Below are positions 37,508 through 48,323 of a stretch of DNA of 64,000 nucleotides, one piece after another (positions within the stretch are counted from its first letter, which is position 1; the number at the start of each line of letters is the position of its first letter). Position numbers and translations under genes: made by a program. This stretch comes from Candidatus Zhuqueibacterota bacterium. Its GTDB lineage: Bacteria; Zhuqueibacterota; Zhuqueibacteria; Thermofontimicrobiales; Thermofontimicrobiaceae. The notes under the pieces are model-generated. The model was not told the DNA's origin and ran no database searches. It saw nothing but the letters and a program-made list of their open reading frames with translations. The stretch covers positions 1-64,000 of the forward strand of contig JBMOPW010000001.1 of NCBI GenBank assembly GCA_049322915.1. The letters are read 5' to 3'.

Positions 37508-39205
37508 ATGCGCATTTCGGAAGAATTCACACATGATATTGTAATCATCGGCGCCGGGCTGGCCGGATTGAGCGCTGCCCTGGAGGTGAAAGAGTCGGAC
37601 AGTTCCGTGGATGTGGCCGTGGTGACGAAAGTGCACCCGGTGCGCTCGCATTCCGGTGCAGCCCAGGGCGGGATAAACGCGGCGCTGCGGTTCGATGATA
37701 GCTGGCATTCGCACATGTACGATACAGTCAAGGGGTCGTGGTTCCTGGCGGATCAGGATGCGGCGCGGGTTTTGTGCAGCGAGGCTAAGGAATGTATTTC
37801 GCGATTGGACAAATACGGCGCGCTGTTCGACCGGAATGAAGACGGAACGATAGCCCAGCGGGCCTTCGGCGGACAGAGTCGCCTGCGAACCTGCTATGTC
37901 GCGGACAAGACCGGCCATAACCTGCTGCACACGCTGTACGAGCAGGCGTTGAAGCGAGACGTGAACATTTACTGGGAATGGTTTGTCCCGGCATTGCTCA
38001 TCGAAGACGGCGCATTCAGAGGCATCATAGCCATCGATTTAATCACGGGCAATGTCAATCTCATCCGGGCCAAGTCGTTGATCATCGCTACAGGCGGCGC
38101 TGGAAGAATTTACGGCCAGAGCAGCAATGCGCTCATCAACACCGGCGACGGCACTGCATTGGCGTACCGGGCCGGCATTCCGCTCAAAGATATGGAATTT
38201 TTTCAAATTCATCCCACCGGTCTCTTGAACGGGATTCTCATCACCGAGGGCGCGCGTGGTGAGGGTGGTTACCTGCTCAATAGCAACGGCGAGCGCTTCA
38301 TGCAGCGCTATGCCCCGAAATTTATGGAACTTGCTCCGCGCGATTTTGTAGCCCGGTCCATTCATCTGGAAATTCAGGAAGGACGGGGAATTAACAACGA
38401 GTATGTGCATCTGGATTTGCGGCATCTGGGCGAGGAGAAAATTAAGACGCGCCTGCCGCAGATTCGCGAAATTGCCATGGTGTTTGCCGGCGTTGATCCG
38501 GTGCACGAGCCAATTCCCATCCGACCCACGGTGCATTACACCATGGGCGGCATTGATGTGGACGTCAACGCGCGCACGCGCATCCCCGGCGTTTTCGCTG
38601 CCGGCGAGTGCAGTTGCGTGAGCGTGCACGGCGCCAATCGGCTGGGCGGAAATTCACTGCTGGAGACCGTAGTCTTCGGTGTTCGCAGCGGCATTGAGGC
38701 GATGAAATTTGTCAAACAGCACGCGCTGTTAGCCTGCTCAAACGAGTTGATAGCGGACGCGTTGCAGCCGTTGAATGAGCTATTGGCCCGCACCGGCGGC
38801 GAAACCGTAGCAACCATTCGTAACGATATGGAAAAGACCATGATCCGCAGTTTCGGCATTTTCAGAAAAGGCGATCTGATGGAACAGGGTCTCAATGAAA
38901 TAAGGCGACTGAAACAGCGGTACGCCGGGATTATCGTGAAGGATAAAGGGACAATCTACAATCTGAACCTCGTCCGAACGCTGGAATTGGGTTTCATGCT
39001 GGACCTGGCAGAGGCGATTGCCATCGGCGCGATTGCCCGGAAGGAAAGCCGCGGCGCGCACTTCCGCGAGGATTATCCCAAAATGGACAATCAACATTTC
39101 CTCAGGCATACCCTGATTCAGTATGCCGGCGCCGATGTCCCGCAACTGAGTTACAAGGATGTGGTGATTGAAGACATTGAGCCACTGGCGGAAATTCGGT
39201 ATTGA
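37508..39205 (+). CDS. sdhA: Succinate dehydrogenase/fumarate reductase flavoprotein subunit
   Basis: GAGLAG, RSHSGAAQGG (covalent FAD His), QIHPT, EGARGEGG, HYTMGG, HGANRLGGNSL, RKESRGAH; TTGACT-N17-TATATT promoter at 37332. Confidence 0.92.
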   Translation: MRISEEFTHDIVIIGAGLAGLSAALEVKESDSSVDVAVVTKVHPVRSHSGAAQGGINAALRFDDSWHSHMYDTVKGSWFLADQDAARVLCSEAKECISRLDKYGALFDRNEDGTIAQRAFGGQSRLRTCYVADKTGHNLLHTLYEQALKRDVNIYWEWFVPALLIEDGAFRGIIAIDLITGNVNLIRAKSLIIATGGAGRIYGQSSNALINTGDGTALAYRAGIPLKDMEFFQIHPTGLLNGILITEGARGEGGYLLNSNGERFMQRYAPKFMELAPRDFVARSIHLEIQEGRGINNEYVHLDLRHLGEEKIKTRLPQIREIAMVFAGVDPVHEPIPIRPTVHYTMGGIDVDVNARTRIPGVFAAGECSCVSVHGANRLGGNSLLETVVFGVRSGIEAMKFVKQHALLACSNELIADALQPLNELLARTGGETVATIRNDMEKTMIRSFGIFRKGDLMEQGLNEIRRLKQRYAGIIVKDKGTIYNLNLVRTLELGFMLDLAEAIAIGAIARKESRGAHFREDYPKMDNQHFLRHTLIQYAGADVPQLSYKDVVIEDIEPLAEIRY

Positions 39206-39320
39206 GTCGCTCCATCGGCGTCAGAACAGAGCAGCCGTGCGCATCGGCAACGGTTGGCGCGCTGAAATCACCTGAAAAGTGAAAAAATATTCCAAGCGTA
39301 TCAGATTGATTTTTCTTGGA

Positions 39321-39364
39321 GCTGATGGCTGATAGCTGATGGCTGATAGCTGAAAGCTGAAAGC
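39321..39364. repeat. Heptamer tandem repeat (GCTGAWR)x6
   Basis: gctgatg gctgata gctgatg gctgata gctgaaa gctgaaa. Confidence 0.85.
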
Positions 39365-39453
39365 GAATCGCTCAAAGTAGGCTGAATAAAAAATGAATGC
39401 ACGAACATCACCTATGAACACATATTGCGTTGGATTGAAGAAGAGGAGTTCCC

Positions 39454-40164
39454 ATGAAAGTCAAGGTTCGAATTTTCAGATATAATCCGGAAGAAAACCG
39501 GGAAGGCAGATTGGTCGATTACACCGCCGAACTGGAGCCAGGCATGTCGGTGCTGGCGCTACTGCATCAGATTCACGATGAGCAGGACGAAACGCTGGCC
39601 TATCGCTATTCCTGCCGCGGCGCGATTTGCGGCACCTGCGCGCTTCGGATTAATGGCATGGCTCGGCTGGCGTGTAAAACACAGGTGGCGGATTTGTTGA
39701 AGGAGACCGAGACCATCACCCTGGAGCCACTGGCCCATTTCGGCGTGGTCAAAGATCTGGTCGTGGATCGCGTTCCGTTCTGGCAGGCGGTGAAAGCCAC
39801 CATGCCCTGGCTTGTCCGCGAAAAAGAGATGGCTGATGAGCGGCTGACCTACGAATCCCATCTGGATAAAATGTCGCTGGATCAATTGAATCACTCGGCA
39901 GATTGTATCAAATGCACCTGCTGTTATTCGGACTGCCCCAAAGTGGATGAAGCGCCGGAATTCGTTGGGCCGGCGGTGTCCATTCAGGTGTATCGGCAGA
40001 TGTTCGATCCGCGCGACAGAAACACAGAGGCGCGGGCGAAGTTTATCGGCGCTGAAAACGGGGTCTCTGCCTGCGATAAACATGCAGTCTGCGTGAAAGT
40101 TTGTCCCAAGGACTGCCGGCCATTGCGGGCGATTACATTTATTCAAAAACGTATTGGGGCGTGA
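39454..40164 (+). CDS. sdhB: Succinate dehydrogenase/fumarate reductase iron-sulfur subunit
   Basis: SCRGAICGTC..LAC, CIKCTCCYSDCP, CDKHAVCVKVCP. Confidence 0.9.
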   Translation: MKVKVRIFRYNPEENREGRLVDYTAELEPGMSVLALLHQIHDEQDETLAYRYSCRGAICGTCALRINGMARLACKTQVADLLKETETITLEPLAHFGVVKDLVVDRVPFWQAVKATMPWLVREKEMADERLTYESHLDKMSLDQLNHSADCIKCTCCYSDCPKVDEAPEFVGPAVSIQVYRQMFDPRDRNTEARAKFIGAENGVSACDKHAVCVKVCPKDCRPLRAITFIQKRIGA

Positions 40165-40201
40165 AAACAGCTAACGAGGAGACAACCATTGTGAGGAAAT
40201 C

Positions 40202-41365
40202 ATGGGACGGATGATAAATTTCGATCATAATTCTGCAACCCAACCGTTGCCTGAAGTGGTAGAGAGCATGCTGCCATTCCTGCGTGAAAATTTTGGCAAT
40301 CCATCCAGCATGCACAGCGAGGGACAAAAGGCGAAAGCAGCCCTGGAAAATGCCAGGGAACAAGTGGCGGCGCTGATCAATGCATCTCCGGAAGAGATTT
40401 ATTTCACGGCGTCCGGCAGCGAGTCCAACAATTTTGCTATCAAAGGCGTTGCGGTCGGAAATCAGAAAAAGGGGAATCATATCGTCGTGTCAGCGATCGA
40501 GCATTTCTCGGTGCTGCAATCGGCAAAGTCGCTGGAGAAACTGGGATTCGCTGTGACCCTTTTACCTGTGGATGGCGCGGGCATGGTGAATCCCGCGGAT
40601 GTGAAACAGGCGATCACGGACGAAACCATTCTCGTGTCCATCATGCACGCCAATAATGAAGTGGGCACGATTGAGCCCATCGAAGAGATCGGGCAGATTG
40701 TGAAAGAGCGGGGAATTCTCTTTCACAGCGACGCAGTTCAGACGGCCGGATCCATTCTGGTGGATGTCCGCCGGTTGAATGTCGATCTGCTGAGCCTTGC
40801 GGCGCAGAATTTCTATGGCCCGAAAGGCGTTGCAGCGCTTTACATCAAAAAAGGAACGCGCATTAATCCGCTCATCGATGGCGGCATCCAGGAAGGCGGG
40901 CGTCGCGCCGGCACGGAGAACATGATGGGAATTGTGGGCATGGGCGCTGCCGCAGAAATTGCGCTTCAAAGAATGGACGAGCGGATGACCCACGTTCGGT
41001 CCCTGCGCGATGCCATGATTCGCACCATCGAGGAGAAGATTGAGCATGTCTATCTCCACGGGCATCGGGAGAAGCGGCTGCCGAATAATGTCAGTTTTGG
41101 ATTTGAGTACATCGAAGGCGAGTCGATTTTACTCTTCCTCGGAATGGATCAAATCATCGCGTCGAGCGGCTCTGCCTGCGCATCCAAAGCCTTGAAGGCG
41201 TCCCACGTTCTTTTGGCTGTCGGCGTTTCCCATGCCATTGCCAACGGGACGATTCTGTTCACACTGGGAATCGATAATACCCGGGACGACATCGCGCTGT
41301 TGGGCGAAAAATTGCCCGGCGTGGTGAACAGGCTCCGGGAGATGTCGCCGTTGTACAAACGATGA
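40202..41365 (+). CDS. iscS: Cysteine desulfurase (IscS/NifS type)
   Basis: FGNPSS, IEH, HANNEVG, HSDAVQ, FYGPKG, RAGTEN, SSGSAC; the usual PLP-lysine motif HK(F/I)YGPKG reads QNFYGPKG. Confidence 0.9.
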   Translation: MGRMINFDHNSATQPLPEVVESMLPFLRENFGNPSSMHSEGQKAKAALENAREQVAALINASPEEIYFTASGSESNNFAIKGVAVGNQKKGNHIVVSAIEHFSVLQSAKSLEKLGFAVTLLPVDGAGMVNPADVKQAITDETILVSIMHANNEVGTIEPIEEIGQIVKERGILFHSDAVQTAGSILVDVRRLNVDLLSLAAQNFYGPKGVAALYIKKGTRINPLIDGGIQEGGRRAGTENMMGIVGMGAAAEIALQRMDERMTHVRSLRDAMIRTIEEKIEHVYLHGHREKRLPNNVSFGFEYIEGESILLFLGMDQIIASSGSACASKALKASHVLLAVGVSHAIANGTILFTLGIDNTRDDIALLGEKLPGVVNRLREMSPLYKR

Positions 41366-41574
41366 ATTTATGGAATTAATAAAAAAATCCGGATTTCAAA
41401 ATAAATGGATTGAATCTAGCCAGCATTATTCATAGTATTTTTAAAGGAGGCTGGCTAACCTGAATGGTGCTCTTTTTAGAATAAACGTATAAAAGCTGAG
41501 TTTCAAAATAGCTTAGCCTTTAGCTAATTGAAAATCTAAATGTTGACTCAAATTCTGAGCAAGTTCATGAATAA

Positions 41575-41742
41575 TTCAGGCTAAAAAGCCTTATGAGGCT
41601 TTGATATGCTATGTGTGATATTTTTCCCACGTCATAAATGACGTGGCTATTCAATTGAAAAAAATGAAAGTCAGATTACCTGAATAGCCCCGACTTTTAA
41701 GTCAGGGAACAGAATTTACCTTTGATTATTGGGCTTTAGCCC
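41575..41742. repeat. REP/BIME-like composite palindromic element
   Basis: cccacgtcataaatgacgtggctatt (41626), inverted partner aatagccccgacttttaagtcaggg (41683), ggctaaaaagcc and gggctttagccc hairpins; homologous to the 13.6-kb element. Confidence 0.65.
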
Positions 41743-41781
41743 TTTGTAGAGTGGACTTATAAATAGAAGGAAGAAAATCGG

Positions 41782-42210
41782 ATGAATGGCCCATACACAG
41801 AAAAAGTCATGGATCATTTCATGAATCCCCGAAACGTGGGCGAGATTGCGGACGCCGACGGCGTGGGCACTGTGGGCAATCCTGCCTGCGGCGATATCAT
41901 GCAAATGTTCATTAAAGTCAAAGACGACGTCATCGTCGATGCCAAGTTCAAGACATTTGGCTGCGGCGCCGCCATTGCCACCAGCAGCATGGCGACTGAA
42001 CTCATCAAAGGCAGGACCATCAGCGATGCGCTCAAGGTTACCAATGAAAAAGTGACCAAAGAGTTGGGCGGACTGCCCAAGGTGAAACGCCATTGCTCGG
42101 TCCTCGCGGAGCAGGCGTTGCAAAGCGCGCTGGATGATTATTACAAGAAAAAAGGTATCCCTTCTCCGGTCCTGTTGAAAACCGAAGAAGAGATGCACGA
42201 AGAAGAATAA
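41782..42210 (+). CDS. iscU: Fe-S cluster scaffold (IscU/NifU N-terminal type)
   Basis: YTEKVMDHFMNPRNVG, GNPACGD, FKTFGCGAAIA, LPKVKRHCS. Confidence 0.92.
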   Translation: MNGPYTEKVMDHFMNPRNVGEIADADGVGTVGNPACGDIMQMFIKVKDDVIVDAKFKTFGCGAAIATSSMATELIKGRTISDALKVTNEKVTKELGGLPKVKRHCSVLAEQALQSALDDYYKKKGIPSPVLLKTEEEMHEEE

Positions 42211-42337
42211 ATCGAAAAGCGAATGTAGTCCGCGCATAACCGGTCGGCCGTGGGCCTGTCTATTCCGGCTCGGGACGCCCGCGTTAGTTTGGAGTGAAAC
42301 GTCACCGAGGAGTGATGCAGCGTGAAATTCATAGCGA

Positions 42338-42379
42338 GTGGCAGAGAAAAAATGGATGCGTGTCTGCCACTTTTTTTTT
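42338..42379 (+). terminator. Terminator-like hairpin between iscU and tusA
   Basis: gtggcaga..tctgccac followed by a T9 run. Confidence 0.55.
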
Positions 42380-42400
42380 GTCACGTATCAGGGATATTTG

Positions 42401-42634
42401 ATGATGAAACATGATGCAGTTGAAGATTGCCTGGGTCTGTACTGTCCCATGCCAATTATCAAAACAGCGGAGCGCATGAAGACGCTGGCTCCGGGCCAGA
42501 TTCTTCAGGTGATTTCTGATGATTCGGGCATTGTTGAAGATATGCCGAACTGGTGCAAAATGACCGGCCAGGAATATCTGGGAATCGAGCAGCATCACGA
42601 TGAATATCGGGTGTATGTCAGGAAAGTGCGATAA
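42401..42634 (+). CDS. tusA: TusA-family sulfur carrier protein
   Basis: DCLGLYCPMPII, DMPNWC, VYVRK. Confidence 0.85.
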   Translation: MMKHDAVEDCLGLYCPMPIIKTAERMKTLAPGQILQVISDDSGIVEDMPNWCKMTGQEYLGIEQHHDEYRVYVRKVR

Positions 42635-42693
42635 TTCATTTGTCTGAATCGAATCGGCTCCAATGAAGCGCCGACACATCCGGGAAGGGAACA

Positions 42694-44775
<2,082 letters not shown>

Positions 44776-45164
44776 CTGAATGGTGATGAAAATCCCGAAT
44801 GAAACCCTGGTTCCCTGACGTTCCCTCCGGATTTTCTCACAAAGTCATTTCACATAATCTGTTCGAATCAAACCCTATTCTCATTGGCGCTGTAAACGAA
44901 GCTCAAACCATGGGGTCGAAGGCGTGCCCGGCGAACGGTCCGCAGAAGGACAACCGCGCTGAGCATGCGAGGTTTGCAGGGATGGATGTAAAAACATAGG
45001 GAGAGTGCAAGTCAGCTTATTTTTACAATGCGCTATTTGGCGAGTAATTGCATGGAGTCCCGGCCGGCATGCAGATGAAGATATGTGAAAGTATCATGTC
45101 GCGATTCCCAGGACGATGCAATGCATTCCCGGATTGGCGCGAATTGATCTCGAGAGGCAAGCAT

Positions 45165-47537
45165 ATGGACACCACAGAAGAGATAATGAAGCGCCTTCAG
45201 AGTGAAATTACGAAATTGCAGCGACGAGTAGCGGAACAGAAAGCGGTCATTGAAGCGAAAAAGACGATTGAATCGACGCTTCGTGAATCTGAGGAGAAGT
45301 ACCGTTTTATTGTGGAAAACGCCGGCGAGGCGATTATCATTGCACAGGATGGATTGATTAAATTTTACAATCCCAAAGCGCGTGAAATTTTGAACATGGC
45401 GGACGAGACTATCATCGATGTTCCTTTCGGAGATATTATTCACCCGGAGGATCGAAAGATGGTTCTGGGCCGGCACTATCGACGCATCAACGGAGAGGAA
45501 CCACCGTCCGTCTACCCGTTCAGGATTGTGCGAAAAAATGGTGAAGTGACATGGGTAGAAATTAACGTCGAATTAATCGACTGGCAAGGAAAACCGGCTA
45601 CACTCAGTTTCCTCAACACGATTCAGGATCGGATGAAGTGGCAGGAGGCGCTGCAGGAGAGTGAAGAACGGTTCCGGGCGATTTTTGAGACAGCGCGGGA
45701 TTGCATTTTCATCAAAGACAAAAGCCTTCGATACACGCACGTCAATCCGTACATGGCTGAATTGTTCGACATACCAGTCGCTCAAATGATCGGAAGGACA
45801 GATAGCGATCTGTTCAGTCCGGAAATTGTGCAGAATATTCAGGAATGGGATCAGCGGGTGTTGCAAGGAGAGGTGATCGCCTATGAAGATAGCAAACCGG
45901 TGCGGGGCAATGATGTGACATTTGATGTAAAGAAGGTGCCGATATATAACCGAACTCGCGAAATCATCGGCCTGTGCGGCATTGCCCGCAACATCACCGC
46001 CCGAAAACGCGCCGAGCTGGAATTGGCGCATGAGCGCGAAAAGCTGGCTGTCACGTTGCGGAGTCTCGGCGAGGGCGTCATTGCAGCGGATAAAAATTCT
46101 ACGGTGTTGCTGCTGAATAAGGTCGCCGAAACGCTGACAGGATTCACCCAGGAAGAAGCGGTTGGACGGCCGTTGAATGAAGTGTATTTATTGATCGACG
46201 AGCAGACCCGCAGTCGCTACGAAAATTTTGCCGATGAAGTCATGAACAGCGTCGCGCTTGAATTGAATAGCGAAAAAATTCTCATCGATCGGCAGGGCAA
46301 CGAGCGGCTCATTGCCCAGACCGGCGCTCCGCTAAAGGATCAGGAGAGCAAAGTGATCGGATTGGTGGTGGCGTTTCGGGACATCACCCATGAGCGGAAG
46401 ATGGAACTGGAATTGTCCCGCGCGCAGAAACTCGATTCGCTCAGCATACTCGCTGGCGGGATCGCGCACAACTTCAACAATTTTCTCACCGGAATTCTGG
46501 GCAATATCACTTTAGCCATGATGGAATTGACTCCCCAACACAAAGCCTACAAGATCCTGTCGGACTCAGAAAACGCCGCAGTCACAGCCAAATCATTGAC
46601 GCAACAGCTCCTCACATTTTCTGCCGGGGGATATCCCATACGAAGAGTGACACAGATTAAGGACCTGCTGATCACGACTGTGAATTTCTGCCTCACGGGT
46701 TCCAATGTGAAATGCGAATTTGGCATTGCGGACGATTTATGGTGCGCTGAGGTTGACCCGGCGATGATTGATCAGGCTATCACGAATCTGGTCATTAACG
46801 CCGACCAGGCCATGCCTGAAGGTGGTACTTTAACCATTTCGGCGGAGAACACGACCATCCCGGAAGGATTCCGTTTGCCGCTGAAACCGGGGAGGTACGT
46901 CATCATTCGTGTCAGAGACCAGGGCGTGGGAATTCCTGAGAGCCATCTTGCAAAAATTTTCGATCCTTATTTTACGACAAAACAAAAAGGCAGCGGATTG
47001 GGTCTGGCGACCAGCTATTCCATCATTCGCAGCCACGATGGCTATATCGAAGTCGACTCGCACCTGGAAAAAGGGTCAACATTCACTGTTTATCTGCCGG
47101 CGACGACCAGGTCACCCGAAAATAAACGGGATAGGGCGCTGGCCAAACCAGGGAATTCCCAGCGCATTTTGATAATGGACGATGAGGAGATCATCAGAAA
47201 AGTATTGAAGCGGATGCTCATCAATCTGGGCTACACGGTGGATACGTCCAATGAAGGACAAGAAATGATTGATATGTATCGGGAGGCGATGAAAACGGCT
47301 CAGCCATACGAGCTTGTCATTATGGATTTGACAGTGGTCGGCGGCCTGGGCGGCAAGGAAGCCATTAATAAATTATTGACTGTTGATCCGAATGTGAAAG
47401 CCATTGTCTCCAGCGGCTATTCCAATGATGCCATCATGGCCAATTTCAGTCAATACGGCTTTTCATCGGTCATTCCGAAACCCTACAAACCGGAGGAATT
47501 GGGAGAAATCGTGTCTGAAGTGCTGGCTCGGAAATGA
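45165..47537 (+). CDS. Cytoplasmic PAS x3 hybrid histidine kinase (CckA-like)
   Basis: Three PAS/PAC repeats; LAGGIAHNFNN; NLVINADQAM; DQGVG; FTTKQKGSGLGL; C-terminal receiver. Confidence 0.9.
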   Translation: MDTTEEIMKRLQSEITKLQRRVAEQKAVIEAKKTIESTLRESEEKYRFIVENAGEAIIIAQDGLIKFYNPKAREILNMADETIIDVPFGDIIHPEDRKMVLGRHYRRINGEEPPSVYPFRIVRKNGEVTWVEINVELIDWQGKPATLSFLNTIQDRMKWQEALQESEERFRAIFETARDCIFIKDKSLRYTHVNPYMAELFDIPVAQMIGRTDSDLFSPEIVQNIQEWDQRVLQGEVIAYEDSKPVRGNDVTFDVKKVPIYNRTREIIGLCGIARNITARKRAELELAHEREKLAVTLRSLGEGVIAADKNSTVLLLNKVAETLTGFTQEEAVGRPLNEVYLLIDEQTRSRYENFADEVMNSVALELNSEKILIDRQGNERLIAQTGAPLKDQESKVIGLVVAFRDITHERKMELELSRAQKLDSLSILAGGIAHNFNNFLTGILGNITLAMMELTPQHKAYKILSDSENAAVTAKSLTQQLLTFSAGGYPIRRVTQIKDLLITTVNFCLTGSNVKCEFGIADDLWCAEVDPAMIDQAITNLVINADQAMPEGGTLTISAENTTIPEGFRLPLKPGRYVIIRVRDQGVGIPESHLAKIFDPYFTTKQKGSGLGLATSYSIIRSHDGYIEVDSHLEKGSTFTVYLPATTRSPENKRDRALAKPGNSQRILIMDDEEIIRKVLKRMLINLGYTVDTSNEGQEMIDMYREAMKTAQPYELVIMDLTVVGGLGGKEAINKLLTVDPNVKAIVSSGYSNDAIMANFSQYGFSSVIPKPYKPEELGEIVSEVLARK

Positions 47538-47679
47538 TTCGTCGCGAGGCTGAGATGTGAAAAAACCTCTCCCGCGCCTGGCGCGCTGTGTTTCAATTCA
47601 GCCTGTCCCGCTCCAATGAGGTGATGGATCAGGGCCGATGATGTTCAAGTTAGATTTTTTTTTGACAGAAATTTTATGG

Positions 47680-47800
47680 AACACTGATAACGCTGTTGAT
47701 CCGCCAAAAAGATGGCGGACGCGCCGCACGGATCCTGCAAAAGGCGGATGACACGGATTAAGAATCCGTGAAGATCAGCGCCATCCGCGTTCTATTTCTT
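47680..47800. repeat. Composite palindromic intergenic repeat
   Basis: tccgcc..ggcgga hairpins nested with cacggatt-aag-aatccgtg..atccgcgttc. Confidence 0.45.
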
Positions 47801-47901
47801 TTTCTGCTCTGGTTTGTGCGGGTCAACAGTCAGAATTTTAATAACCGGGATGGATTTTTTTTAATTCCCACAGACATATAAAACCGAATACAGAGGAAGC
47901 G

Positions 47902-48249
47902 ATGAAAAAAGTTGCCCTGGTTGCATTCAATGGTGATGCGATGTGTTTTGTCCATGTTTTGTTGAACGCGCTGGATATGGCGGACGCCGGATTCGATGTC
48001 AAAGTTGTGATCGAAGGTTCAGCGACAAAGCTGGTGAAGGAATTGGTGGATCCTGCAAAACCATTTGCCGGACTTTATAAAAAAGTCAAAGACAGGGGAT
48101 TGATCGATTGCGTCTGCAAAGCCTGTTCCGTCAAAATGGACTCGATCCATGCGGCGCAGGAACAAGGCTTGCCGCTGTGCGATGATATCTCCGGTCATCC
48201 GAGTTTGCGCAAATATATGGATCAGGGATTTGAGATCATCACATTTTAG
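47902..48249 (+). CDS. DsrE-like protein
   Basis: GDAMCFVHVLLNA, VVIEGSAT, CVCKACS, GHPS..GFEIITF. Confidence 0.75.
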   Translation: MKKVALVAFNGDAMCFVHVLLNALDMADAGFDVKVVIEGSATKLVKELVDPAKPFAGLYKKVKDRGLIDCVCKACSVKMDSIHAAQEQGLPLCDDISGHPSLRKYMDQGFEIITF

Positions 48250-48323
48250 ACAAACGCTGTGAGTTCGCGGGGATAGCTAAACGCTTGATCAGACGATTGG
48301 GGTGTACCTAAGGAGGCGAATGA

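Noticed and set aside
39321..39364. CRISPR array
   Set aside because: Contiguous 7-mers with no spacers, and no cas genes
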